NCBI GenBank assembly: GCA_934552855.1
Contig: CAKTEU010000004.1
Location: forward strand, 17,021 to 81,020
Direction: 5' to 3'
DNA: 64,000 nt
Source: an uncultured Eubacteriales bacterium
GTDB lineage: Bacteria > Bacillota > Clostridia > Oscillospirales > Acutalibacteraceae
Below the pieces are notes generated by a model that worked only from the letters and a program-made list of their open reading frames with translations, was not told the DNA's origin and searched no databases. Positions 8,826 through 17,837 of this stretch are shown here, piece after piece. Position 1 is the stretch's first letter; each line of letters begins with the position of its first letter. The position numbers and the translations under genes are program-made.

Positions 8826-9599
8826 ATGGCATATACACTTGCTCTTAAAGAAAAAGTTGCTCTCATAACGGGTGCGGCCGGGGGAATCGGCCTTGAGTGC
8901 GCAAAGGGCTTTCTTGAAAACGAAGCTTCGGTTTTTCTTTGCGATCTTGACGAAGCTGCGCTTTCTTCTGCCGCAGCAAAGCTCAATGAAGAATATCCTT
9001 CTTCAAAAATTGCCTTTTCCCGCTGCGATATAACAAAAGAAAAAGACATTGAAGAGGTTCTTGAAAAAGCCGAAAAAGCCTTCGGCTCGGTTGATATTCT
9101 TGTCAATAACGCAGGAGTTGCCCACGATGTTTACAGTATGAATGAAACACGCAAGGATTGGGGAAGGGTTATCGACATCAATCTTACGGCTCAGTTCTTT
9201 TTTACTCAACAGGTTTTTAACCGTTTTTGGAACAAAAAGAAGGGCGGAAAAGTTGTTTTTATGGCATCGCTGAGCGCATTTATTGCCGTTCCGTCCGCTG
9301 CGGCATACAGCGCAAGCAAGGGTGCGGTTTTGCAGCTTACAAAATCGCTTGCCGGCGAATGGGCAAGGTTCGGCGTTCGGGTCAACTGTGTTTGCCCCGG
9401 CTTTGTTGAAACTCCGCTCATTGAAGCGCAGCTTAAAGATGAACGCTGGATGGGATACATGAATATGCGCATTCCTCAAAAAAGGCTTGCAAAGCCGGAA
9501 GATATCACCGGAGCGGTGCTTTATCTTTCTTCGCCGCTTTCCGATTATGTTACCGGAACTTCGATTGTTGTTGACGGCGGCTTTTCCGCTTGCGGCTGA
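8826..9599 (+). CDS. SDR family oxidoreductase
   Basis: ORF trimmed to the ATG at 8826, 7 nt after AGGAG. It has TGAAGGIG, NNAG and YSASK motifs. Confidence 0.88.
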   Translation: MAYTLALKEKVALITGAAGGIGLECAKGFLENEASVFLCDLDEAALSSAAAKLNEEYPSSKIAFSRCDITKEKDIEEVLEKAEKAFGSVDILVNNAGVAHDVYSMNETRKDWGRVIDINLTAQFFFTQQVFNRFWNKKKGGKVVFMASLSAFIAVPSAAAYSASKGAVLQLTKSLAGEWARFGVRVNCVCPGFVETPLIEAQLKDERWMGYMNMRIPQKRLAKPEDITGAVLYLSSPLSDYVTGTSIVVDGGFSACG

Positions 9600-9735
9600 T
9601 TAGGCGGTATATTATTTTTAAAGGCTGACTGCTCCGGAATTTTCCGGCGGCGGCCTTTTTTCTTTACATTCTTTTCTTGGCGTGTTATGATGTTATCAAA
9701 CAATCGGAAATTTTTTCAAAGGGAAACGAAGAAAA

Positions 9736-11814
9736 ATGAAAAAATCAAAATTTTTGAAACGGAGCTTTGCACTTGTTTTGGCTTTTGTTTTTGTTCTTTC
9801 GGCGGCACCGGTTTTTGACTTTTGCGTTTTTTCAAATGCGGCCGCAGTCTATTCATCCGATTACCGTTACTGGTCGCAAGGTGCGTCGGAGCTTGAAAAA
9901 ATGCGCCTTTACGGCTGCTGGATTGTTGCGCAGGCAAAACTTATTTATGAAACAAACGTCAACCGTGAAGAAAGCTTTAATCCGGATGTCTATTACTACT
10001 GGCAAAAGGACAACGGCTTTGTTGACAGCGGCTTTTATCAAACCAACGGCGGCTATGCCCCGGTTTCATATTCAAAGGAAAAGGAAAAACCGCTTGAATA
10101 CCTCGGCTATTTTAAAGCTACCGAAGAAAAGCTTTGGGAAAACATAAACAACGGTTATTATTCAATTATTCAGCTGAACAACGGCGGTCATTACGTTTAT
10201 CTTGACAACGAAACCTCAAAGAAAAAGAAAAAGCTTTACTGCTTTGATTCCTGGAGCGAGCAGTATTCTTACGGAACCCGTCTTTTGTCAAACTATAAAA
10301 AATGGGACGTATGTTATGTTTATAAGGTTTGCGACCCGAACGACCTTTTCCGGCCGTCAAAACCAACTCTTTTGCCCTTGTCCGCATTTTTTCCGGCAGA
10401 CGGAAAGCTTTCGCTTTCCTGGAGTCCCGTCTCGGGTGCAGAAGGTTACCGCCTTCGCATACTTGACGAAAACGGAAAAAGCATCAGGGAAGATGATATT
10501 AAAACGCAGACAAATGTAAATTACACCCTTTCAAAAGGAAAATACACCGTTTCGCTCACGGCGTATAATTCTTACGGCGATTCGCCGGAAAGCACGGCTG
10601 ATGTTGAAGCCGTCAGCGGATACACGGTGACTTTTGACCCTTGCGGCGGAACCTGCGCAAAAAAAAGCATAAATGTTTCTTTGGGTGCGCCTTACGGAAA
10701 GCTGCCGAAACCGAAACGAAACGGCTATAAGTTTTCCGGCTGGTACACGGCAAAAGAGGGCGGAACAAAAATTACGGCTTCAACAACGGTCAAAACCGAT
10801 GCAAATCATACCCTTTATGCCCGCTGGAGCCACACCCATTCATACACGGAAAAAATCACGCTTGAAGCAACGTGTGAAAAAGAGGGCGTTAAAACCTTCA
10901 CCTGCGTTTGCGGAAACAGTTATACCGAACCCGTTCCCGCACTTGAGCATAAATATGACGCTTCAACAAAAAAAGCGACGCTCGATTTTGACGGACTTTT
11001 CAAAGTTGCCTGCGTCTATTGCGGAAACGTGGCTTATTCTTCGCCGATTGCAAAGCCGCTTTTTCCCGTTCTTTCAAAAGAAAGCTTTGAATATGACGGA
11101 AAAGAGCATACTCCTTCCGTCACGGTAAAGAACAGCGAAGGAAAGCTTCTTTATCCCGATGCGGATTATACGGTTGAATATTTGAACAACCGAAAAAGCG
11201 GAAAGGCTGCCGCCGAAATCACATTCTGCGGCGATTACGAAGGAACGGCAAGGGTTCTTTTTGATATTGTTCCCAAAAAGGTGAAAAACGTTGCGGTGAA
11301 ACAATTTTCAAAATCGCTCACCGTTTCCTGGAATGCCTGTGAGGGTGTTTCCGGATATAAGGTTACTCTCATGAACAAAAACAAAAAGGTTTTGAAAACC
11401 GAGGAGACAAAAAGAACATCGCTGCGCCTTAAAAACCTTCAAAGCGGAACAAAATATATCATTACGGTTCAGGCTTTCGGAAAAAGCGAGGACAAAGCGG
11501 TGTTTTCGCAAAGCACAAATCCGCTTTTGACCGCAACAAAGCCTGCCGCTCCCGAACAGCTTTCGGTTACGCCCGGAAAGGGTCAGGCAAGGCTTTCATG
11601 GAAAAAATCTTTCGGTGCAACCGGTTATACCGTTTATTACGGCACAAACAAAAAATCCGGCTTCAAAAAATTTGAAACAAAAAGAAGAATCTGCACAATC
11701 GGAAAGCTTAAGCCGAACACGGTTTATTATTTCAAAGTGACCGCAAACAAAAAAGGCGAAAACAACACGGTTTCTTCCGCCTTTTCAAAGCTTCGTTCGG
11801 CAAGAATAAAATAA
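9736..11814 (+). CDS. secreted multidomain surface protein: N-terminal papain-like (C39-like) cysteine peptidase domain, a Listeria-Bacteroides type repeat and several Fn3-like modules
   Basis: It has a signal peptide. YGCW...GGHYVYLD is a Cys/His dyad pattern. GYKFSGWYTAKEGGTKI is the repeat signature. The P..P..L....G...A.LSW...GA.GY modules repeat several times. Confidence 0.7.
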   Translation: MKKSKFLKRSFALVLAFVFVLSAAPVFDFCVFSNAAAVYSSDYRYWSQGASELEKMRLYGCWIVAQAKLIYETNVNREESFNPDVYYYWQKDNGFVDSGFYQTNGGYAPVSYSKEKEKPLEYLGYFKATEEKLWENINNGYYSIIQLNNGGHYVYLDNETSKKKKKLYCFDSWSEQYSYGTRLLSNYKKWDVCYVYKVCDPNDLFRPSKPTLLPLSAFFPADGKLSLSWSPVSGAEGYRLRILDENGKSIREDDIKTQTNVNYTLSKGKYTVSLTAYNSYGDSPESTADVEAVSGYTVTFDPCGGTCAKKSINVSLGAPYGKLPKPKRNGYKFSGWYTAKEGGTKITASTTVKTDANHTLYARWSHTHSYTEKITLEATCEKEGVKTFTCVCGNSYTEPVPALEHKYDASTKKATLDFDGLFKVACVYCGNVAYSSPIAKPLFPVLSKESFEYDGKEHTPSVTVKNSEGKLLYPDADYTVEYLNNRKSGKAAAEITFCGDYEGTARVLFDIVPKKVKNVAVKQFSKSLTVSWNACEGVSGYKVTLMNKNKKVLKTEETKRTSLRLKNLQSGTKYIITVQAFGKSEDKAVFSQSTNPLLTATKPAAPEQLSVTPGKGQARLSWKKSFGATGYTVYYGTNKKSGFKKFETKRRICTIGKLKPNTVYYFKVTANKKGENNTVSSAFSKLRSARIK

Positions 11815-11853
11815 AGCCGAAAACTTTTGAACCGCCGCACTGCCGCTTTCACC

Positions 11854-11882
11854 ATTGACTTATGACGGAATTTGTAATATAA
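11854..11882 (+). promoter_or_regulatory. consensus sigma-A promoter for metY
   Basis: TTGACT-17 nt-TATAAT. Confidence 0.6.
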
Positions 11883-11926
11883 TTACTTTCATATAATCTT
11901 TTTCATGAAAAGGACGGTGTGTAATT

Positions 11927-13210
11927 TTGAGCGAATACGGTTTTAACACAAAGTGTCTTCATTCGGGCTATTCTCCGAAAAACGGCGAACCCAGAGTTCT
12001 TCCGATCGTTCAAAGCACAACATATAAATATGATTCAAGCGAAGAAATGGGAAGACTTTTTGACCTTGAAGAAAGCGGATATTTTTATACCCGCCTTGCA
12101 AACCCGACCAATGATGCCGTTGCCGCAAAGCTTGCTTCTCTTGAAGGCGGAGTCGGTTCGGTTTTGACTTCTTCCGGTCAGGCGGCAAATTTCTTCGCTG
12201 TTTTTAACATTGCCGGCGCAGGCGACCACGTTGTTGCCTCAAGCGCAATCTATGGCGGAACGTTCAACCTTTTCAACGTTACAATGAGAAAACTCGGCGT
12301 TGATTTCACCTTCGTTTCGCCCGATTGCACAAAAGAAGAACTTGATTCGGCTTTCAAGAAAAACACAAAGGCCGTTTTCGGCGAAACGCTTTCAAATCCT
12401 TCGCTCAATGTTTTGGACATTGAAAAATTTGCTTTTGCGGCTCATGAACACGGCGTTCCGCTCATTGTTGACAACACTTTTCCGACTCCGGTCAACTGCC
12501 GCCCCTTCATGTTCGGCGCAGATATCGTTACCCATTCAACAACAAAGTATCTTGACGGACATGCAACCTCGGTCGGCGGAGCGATTGTTGACAGCGGAAA
12601 CTTTGATTGGAAAAAAAGCGGAAAGTTCCCCTGCCTCACAACGCCCGATGAATCCTATCACGGCGTTATATACACCGAAAAATTCGGAAGGCTTGCCTAT
12701 ATTCAAAAGTGCGTTGCCCAGGTCATGCGTGATCTCGGCTCAATCCCCGCTCCGATGAATTCGTTTTTGCTCAATCTCGGAATGGAAACGCTTCCACTTC
12801 GTGTTGAACGCCATTGTCAAAATGCGCTTGCAGTTGCAAAGCACCTTGAAAAAAGCGAATATGTTTCATGGGTGTCCTATCCTTCGCTTGAAGGCGACAG
12901 CCAGTTTGAAAAGGCAAAAAAATATATGCCGAACGGCACTTGCGGCGTTGTTTCCTTCGGCGTAAAAGGCGGAAGAACGGCGGCAACAAAATTCATGGAT
13001 TCCTTAAAGCTTGCTTCAATTGTTACTCATGTTGCGGACTGCCGAACCTGCGTTTTGCACCCGGCTTCAACAACTCACCGCCAGCTTTCGGACAAACAGC
13101 TTGAAGAATGCGGAGTTAAAAGCGACCTTATCCGCCTTTCGGTCGGAATTGAAAACGTTGAAGACATTATCGAAGATATTGACAAGGCGCTTAAAGAGGC
13201 CTGTGAATAA
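11927..13210 (+). CDS. metY: O-acetylhomoserine aminocarboxypropyltransferase / sulfhydrylase (PLP-dependent)
   Basis: 427 aa with a TTG start. It contains ...YTRLANPT..., ...HSTTKYLDGH (PLP lysine region) and ...VADCRTCVLHPASTTH. Confidence 0.88.
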   Translation: MSEYGFNTKCLHSGYSPKNGEPRVLPIVQSTTYKYDSSEEMGRLFDLEESGYFYTRLANPTNDAVAAKLASLEGGVGSVLTSSGQAANFFAVFNIAGAGDHVVASSAIYGGTFNLFNVTMRKLGVDFTFVSPDCTKEELDSAFKKNTKAVFGETLSNPSLNVLDIEKFAFAAHEHGVPLIVDNTFPTPVNCRPFMFGADIVTHSTTKYLDGHATSVGGAIVDSGNFDWKKSGKFPCLTTPDESYHGVIYTEKFGRLAYIQKCVAQVMRDLGSIPAPMNSFLLNLGMETLPLRVERHCQNALAVAKHLEKSEYVSWVSYPSLEGDSQFEKAKKYMPNGTCGVVSFGVKGGRTAATKFMDSLKLASIVTHVADCRTCVLHPASTTHRQLSDKQLEECGVKSDLIRLSVGIENVEDIIEDIDKALKEACE

Positions 13211-13266
13211 TAAATATTAAAAAACAAAAAGTATAACAAGAAAGAAAAAATGAGGTTTTTAAAAAG

Positions 13267-14361
13267 ATGAAACTCGGAATAGTAGGTTTGCCGAATGTTG
13301 GCAAAAGCACCCTTTTCAATGCTATCACCAATGCGGGCGCACAGTCTGCAAACTATCCTTTTTGCACAATTGAACCGAACGTCGGCGTTGTTGCCGTTCC
13401 CGATTCAAGGCTTGACAAGCTTGCCGAAATGTATAATCCTTTGAAGATTACCCCGGCAACGGTTGAATTTGTTGACATTGCCGGCCTTGTAAGAGGTGCG
13501 TCAAAGGGCGAAGGACTCGGAAACAAGTTCCTTTCTCACATTCGTGAGGTTGACGCAATCGTTCACGTTGTCCGCTGTTTTGAAAGCACCGATATCATTC
13601 ATGTTGACGGTTCGGTTGACGCAAAGCGTGATATTGAAACAATCAATCTTGAACTCATCCTTTCCGACCTTGAAATGGTTGAAAGAAGAATCGACAGAAC
13701 AACAAAGGCCATGAAGGGCGACAAATCGCTTGCTTCGGAGGTTGAATTTTTCAAACGTGTTAAAGAAGCTCTTGAAAACGAAAAACCGGCAAGAAGCGTT
13801 GAGTGTGACGAAACCGAAAAAGCACTCCTTGACTCCGCCTGCCTCCTCACCGGCAAAAAAGTTATCTATGCCTGCAACATGAGCGAGCAGGACTTTACAA
13901 ACGGAATTGAAGAAAACGAAAATTACAAAGCCGTTTGCGCCATTGCGGCAGAGGAAGGCAGTGAGGTTCTTCCCATTTGCGCCGGACTTGAAGCTGAAAT
14001 TTCCTCGCTTTCAAAAGAGGATAAGGAAATTTTCCTTGCCGACCTCGGCGTTCAGGAAGGCGGACTTGATCTTCTCATCAGAAAGTGCTATCACCTTCTC
14101 GGTCTTATTTCTTATCTCACCGCGGGTCAGCCCGAAGTCAGAGCATGGACAATCAAAGAGGGCACAAAAGCACCGCAGGCAGCCGGAAAGATTCATTCGG
14201 ACTTTGAAAGAGGCTTTATCAGAGCCGAGGTTGTTTCATATGAAAACCTTATTGAATGCGGTTCACTTGCCGCCGCAAGAGAAAAGGGTCTTATCCGCTC
14301 CGAGGGCAAGGAGTATGTTATGAAGGACGGCGACGTTGTTCACTTCCTTTTCAATGTATAA
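13267..14361 (+). CDS. ychF: redox-regulated ATPase YchF
   Basis: [21 protein letters not shown]..., 364 aa with the TGS-like C-terminus. Confidence 0.93.
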   Translation: MKLGIVGLPNVGKSTLFNAITNAGAQSANYPFCTIEPNVGVVAVPDSRLDKLAEMYNPLKITPATVEFVDIAGLVRGASKGEGLGNKFLSHIREVDAIVHVVRCFESTDIIHVDGSVDAKRDIETINLELILSDLEMVERRIDRTTKAMKGDKSLASEVEFFKRVKEALENEKPARSVECDETEKALLDSACLLTGKKVIYACNMSEQDFTNGIEENENYKAVCAIAAEEGSEVLPICAGLEAEISSLSKEDKEIFLADLGVQEGGLDLLIRKCYHLLGLISYLTAGQPEVRAWTIKEGTKAPQAAGKIHSDFERGFIRAEVVSYENLIECGSLAAAREKGLIRSEGKEYVMKDGDVVHFLFNV

Positions 14362-14412
14362 TTGTATTTTTGGAAGATACACCGTCAATTCAAACAAAAA
14401 ATGAATATTTTG

Positions 14413-14457
14413 GCACTCCGTTTTTGAAAAAAACATTGACAAACGGAGTGCTTTATT
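14413..14457 (+). terminator. ychF terminator hairpin
   Basis: GCACTCCGTT-N19-AACGGAGTGC followed by TTTATT. It overlaps the next promoter. Confidence 0.6.
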
Positions 14458-14464
14458 ATAAAAT
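14436..14464 (+). promoter_or_regulatory. promoter for the 14553 lipoprotein gene
   Basis: TTGACA-17 nt-TAAAAT. Confidence 0.55.
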
Positions 14465-14552
14465 GAAGACATAAATACGCCTTGTGTTTAGCACAAGTTA
14501 ACCTTGTCAAAACCGGGGCAAAATATTTTCCAAAGCTAAAGGAGAAAAAGAA

Positions 14553-15455
14553 ATGAAAAAAACTTCCCGCATTATTGCAATTGTTCTTTGCCTTGTTCTT
14601 GCGGTTTCGGCTTTGTCCGGCTGCACAATCAAGCTGAACATCAATGTTAACAACACCGGAAGCGCTGCTCCGGCAAACAACACAACCGCTGCTCCGGCAA
14701 CCGCCGCTCCGGCAACCACCGCCGCTCCGGCTTCAACCGCTGCTCCGGACGCAAGCAAGCCCGCAGAAAGCAAGCCTGCCGATAAGCCCGCCGACAGCAA
14801 ACCGGCCGATGACAAGCCCGCCGCAGCAGAGCTTTCCGCTTCTTCTTCAAAAGAGGACATCGTTGCCGAATATGTTAAGGTTTATAACACCACCAAAAAA
14901 GCCGGAACATTCACCGGTCACGACACAATGGCTCTTACAAGCGTTCTCATTGACGGAAAAGAAAACAGCATGGTTAAAAGCCTTGCCGCCGGTATCGTTA
15001 AGGCTGACGCAAAGGATATGCAGCTTCCGCCGTATACCGACAGCAACCCCGGCACGGAATGCATGATTACCGCAGCTGATGTTGCCGAAGCAACATATAA
15101 AGACAACGGCGACGGAACCGCAACAATCAAAATTGTTCCGATTTCCTGCAAGAACTCAAAGAGATTTGAAGACGCACAGGGCAAGATGTTCAACGTTATG
15201 GAAGACGTTAAGAGCACCGTTGACGGAATCAGCCTCATTTCATGGGCTGAGGGCGACACCGATTCAAACGTTGTTCTCACCTGTGACGGCGGCTATGCCG
15301 AAGTTACCTATAACAAGGACACAAAAATGATGACCGCTGCCGATTATACGCTCATCACAATCGCAGACGTTCAGCACGCAAACGTTGCAATTCTCAAAAA
15401 CAAGAGTGCAACCGCAACCTTTGATTACAAAATGCTCTTCCCCGGAAACGGCTGA
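14553..15455 (+). CDS. lipoprotein with an Ala/Thr/Pro/Lys low-complexity linker and an uncharacterised C-terminal domain of about 200 aa
   Basis: Lipobox is LSGC (MKKTSRIIAIVLCLVLAVSALSGC). KPAD-type repeats are present. The C-terminal domain is paralogous to 32928..33863. Confidence 0.8.
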   Translation: MKKTSRIIAIVLCLVLAVSALSGCTIKLNINVNNTGSAAPANNTTAAPATAAPATTAAPASTAAPDASKPAESKPADKPADSKPADDKPAAAELSASSSKEDIVAEYVKVYNTTKKAGTFTGHDTMALTSVLIDGKENSMVKSLAAGIVKADAKDMQLPPYTDSNPGTECMITAADVAEATYKDNGDGTATIKIVPISCKNSKRFEDAQGKMFNVMEDVKSTVDGISLISWAEGDTDSNVVLTCDGGYAEVTYNKDTKMMTAADYTLITIADVQHANVAILKNKSATATFDYKMLFPGNG

Positions 15456-15479
15456 TAAAACAAAAAAAACAACAAATTC

Positions 15480-15510
15480 GGGCATCCGCAATGGATGCCC
15501 TTATTATTTT
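15480..15510 (+). terminator. intrinsic terminator
   Basis: GGGCATCC-GCAAT-GGATGCCC followed by TTATTATTTT. Confidence 0.75.
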
Positions 15511-15645
15511 TATAAAACCGGTTCAGTCACTTTATTTCTGCGGAACTTTCTGCCTTGCTTTTTCCTCTTTGAAACTTTCAAGAATATCCTCTTTAGTGAT
15601 TGCTATTGTTTTTTCCATTTTTGTCCCCCGCTTCAGCTTTTTGTG

Positions 15646-17463
15646 TTAAAAGCCTTTATACCCGAAAAACCTGTTGACAAAATCATTCAAAGCTTTAAGA
15701 AGCTTTATGAAAAAGGCTTTTAAAAGAGACGTGAATTTTTCCTTTTTAACTTCGCTTTCGCTTTTCGGTGCGGCGGTGATTTTGTCTTTGATTGAATAAA
15801 AGCGTGTTTCGGCCTTTTTGAAAGCGTCTGCGTCAACAACCGTTTCTGCAAGGACTGCGTCAACTTCGGCAATTGCAGCCTTGAGTTCGGCCGCATCTTC
15901 GGGTGAAAGGGTTGACGTGTCATAATTTCTCATGCCGTCAACAGCACCGATGAGCCATTTTGAAAGCCTTGAATTGTTGAACTGCGGAAATTCGTTCGGA
16001 TAGGAGTATACGTTTTTGAAGTTTTTGTTCAAAAGAAGCTCTACCGCAAGCTTGATTATAACGTCGCAGCCTCCCGTGTATTCGTGGTTGTGGTTATAGA
16101 AATAGAAAGTGTGGTCGGGAAGAAGACCGGCCGAAGCGTCAACAATGTTATAAGGGTCAATGTGGTTGTGTTTCGAGTCAGTGCAGGTGCCGAAAGCGTT
16201 GCCCTTTTGGGCGTAATTTTCGCCGAGTGAGCCGTTGACCGGTGCGCTGACTGCTCCGAGCGAGGTTGAGTCAAGCTGAATGATTCCGTCGGCATTGACT
16301 TTGTTCCATGAGTCAACAATCGGATACATCGAATAGTTGTAGCCGACGATGTCAAAAAAATCAACGCCTTTGCTTTTGAAGGAAAGGATGTTTTTCTTTG
16401 CGTTAAGCTGAGCGTTATAAAATCTGTCGGTCTGCGCTCTGATTACGGCTTTTTCGTCGCTCATGAGATATTTTTCACGTGCGGTTTTATATGAACCCGA
16501 GGGAACAAGTCCCCACATACAGGTTGAATTTGAAAGATAATTTGCAATAAGCTTATCAACGGCAATGTCAAGAACGTCGTTAAGAACGTCTTTCGGAACA
16601 ATGCGGATAAGCAGGTTGACAAGATATCCCAAAAAATCGTCCTCGCCGATAAGCTTCGGGAACATATAATCATAAAGCGCATCGTCATCGTCAATAAAGC
16701 CTTTTTCAAAAATATCACCGATGAGAGCCGAACCGTCAACGGCGGGAACAATATATATGATTCTTCCGATGCTTTCCGCAACTTCGGGGTGAAATTCCAT
16801 AACTGCGTTCCAGATTGAGCCGCCCTGGCTGATTGGAACAACGTTGATTTTGCTGTGTCCGGTTTCCTTTTTTGCGGTTTCAATCAATTCGCAAAGCTCG
16901 TTTGCAAGGCGTTCAATGTTGTCAAACGATGAATAAGAGAAAAAGTAAAGGTGGTCTTCGCCTGCCTTTGAAATATAGCTTTCAAGCGGAATTGCGCCGA
17001 GGATATGATTTTTGTCGTGTTCACTGAGGTTTGCAACGCTCGTGTCATACTTTGCCGCACGAATATCGTAAACAAAATTTCCGTTGTTGTCTGACTTAAT
17101 TCTTTCCATGAGTGCGTTGCCGAGAACATCGCCCAATGCATTTGCAAATTCATGCTGACTGTCTTTCCTTGTCAGCAAAGTTTTTGAAAGCGGAAGAAGT
17201 GCATTTTTAACTGCGTCTTCAACAACTTCCGAAGTATCCATGAAAAACGGACCCTTTCTTTCGTTGCCTTTTGAATCAAGCATAATTTTTCCGTCTTCGT
17301 CATAGCAAAAAACTTCGCTTTGAAAAAGTCCCGGAATAACAACGGTCGGGTTGTTTTCGCACTTTCCGCCGCATGAAGCTTTGCCGGCAAAAGCAAAAAG
17401 CGAAGCCGAAGGCAAAACAAGAAGCAAGCAGAGAATAAGCGCTGTAAATCTTTTCATTTTCAT
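15646..17463 (-). CDS. secreted lipase/LCAT-like alpha/beta hydrolase (paralog A)
   Basis: ORF trimmed to MKMKRFTALILCLLLVLPSASLFAFA, with RBS GGGAG. PISQGG sits at the nucleophile-elbow position, ADGII is an Asp motif and HNHE is a His motif. It carries a C-terminal amphipathic tail and is a paralog of 56821..58416. Confidence 0.8.
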   Translation of the reverse strand: MKMKRFTALILCLLLVLPSASLFAFAGKASCGGKCENNPTVVIPGLFQSEVFCYDEDGKIMLDSKGNERKGPFFMDTSEVVEDAVKNALLPLSKTLLTRKDSQHEFANALGDVLGNALMERIKSDNNGNFVYDIRAAKYDTSVANLSEHDKNHILGAIPLESYISKAGEDHLYFFSYSSFDNIERLANELCELIETAKKETGHSKINVVPISQGGSIWNAVMEFHPEVAESIGRIIYIVPAVDGSALIGDIFEKGFIDDDDALYDYMFPKLIGEDDFLGYLVNLLIRIVPKDVLNDVLDIAVDKLIANYLSNSTCMWGLVPSGSYKTAREKYLMSDEKAVIRAQTDRFYNAQLNAKKNILSFKSKGVDFFDIVGYNYSMYPIVDSWNKVNADGIIQLDSTSLGAVSAPVNGSLGENYAQKGNAFGTCTDSKHNHIDPYNIVDASAGLLPDHTFYFYNHNHEYTGGCDVIIKLAVELLLNKNFKNVYSYPNEFPQFNNSRLSKWLIGAVDGMRNYDTSTLSPEDAAELKAAIAEVDAVLAETVVDADAFKKAETRFYSIKDKITAAPKSESEVKKEKFTSLLKAFFIKLLKALNDFVNRFFGYKGF

Positions 17464-17585
17464 TTTTGATAATCTCCCTTTTCTTTTGCAAAGAAAACCT
17501 TTGCTTTGTATTTTATATATATTAAACAAAAACGGGAATATTTTCAATAGTATACGGAAGAAAACACAAAAACTTTCAAAAACCC

Positions 17586-17614
17586 TTGATTTTATCACCG
17601 GTTTATATTATAAT
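17586..17614 (+). promoter_or_regulatory. promoter of the SRP RNA gene
   Basis: TTGATT-17 nt-TATAAT. Confidence 0.6.
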
Positions 17615-17620
17615 AATTCA

Positions 17621-17818
17621 GCTAAAGCGGTTCCGGGCCGTTTGGCTTTTTAGACAAGATACTTTAATTTGGTCATGCAGCGGCGGGTCCTGTGCGGCAG
17701 GATACTGCGAACCATGTCAGGCGGGGAACCGAGCAGCATTAAGCGGGAATACTGTGCGACACAGTCAAAGCCTGCTGCTGTATGATCAAGCGAACGTGTC
17801 TTGTCTGTTTTTCTGTTT
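17621..17818 (+). ncRNA. ffs: signal recognition particle RNA (scRNA/4.5S homolog)
   Basis: GAACCATGTCAGGCGGGGAACCGAGCAGCATTAAG closely matches the conserved domain-IV segment (B. subtilis GAACCAUGUCAGGUCCGGAAGGAAGCAGCAUUAAG). The closing helix is AGACAAGATAC/GTGTCTTGTCT, followed by a U-tract. Its position immediately upstream of dnaX matches other Firmicutes. The ends are approximate. Confidence 0.8.
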
Positions 17819-17837
17819 GCCGAAAGGAGTGAAAAGA

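Noticed and set aside
11815-11926. I checked for a SAM riboswitch or T-box upstream of metY.
   Set aside because: The gap is only about 110 nt and is filled by a consensus promoter and a short leader. There is no room for such an element and no matching conserved sequence.
14507-14860. Several overlapping ORFs on both strands (117, 140 and 67 aa) lie over the start of the 14553 lipoprotein gene. Similar antisense ORFs lie at 33455..33796.
   Set aside because: They fall in GC-rich Ala/Thr/Pro-encoding repeat DNA that is open in many frames. They have no RBS and their products are low-complexity. The lipoprotein frames, with a signal peptide and lipobox, explain the sequence.
15532-15618. A 28-aa ORF (MEKTIAITKEDILESFKEEKARQKVPQK) with a GGGGGA-type RBS lies just downstream of the lipase-like gene.
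   Set aside because: It is highly charged with no recognisable features, and it lies between a stop codon and a convergent terminator. I cannot distinguish it from chance without conservation or Ribo-seq data.
17586-17837. The ORF track extends dnaX 84 codons upstream (MILSPVYIIIIQLKRF...).
   Set aside because: That stretch is the SRP RNA gene, with its own TTGATT-17-TATAAT promoter and the conserved domain-IV sequence. The canonical DnaX N-terminus MYQVLYRKYRP starts at 17838 behind AAAGGAG.
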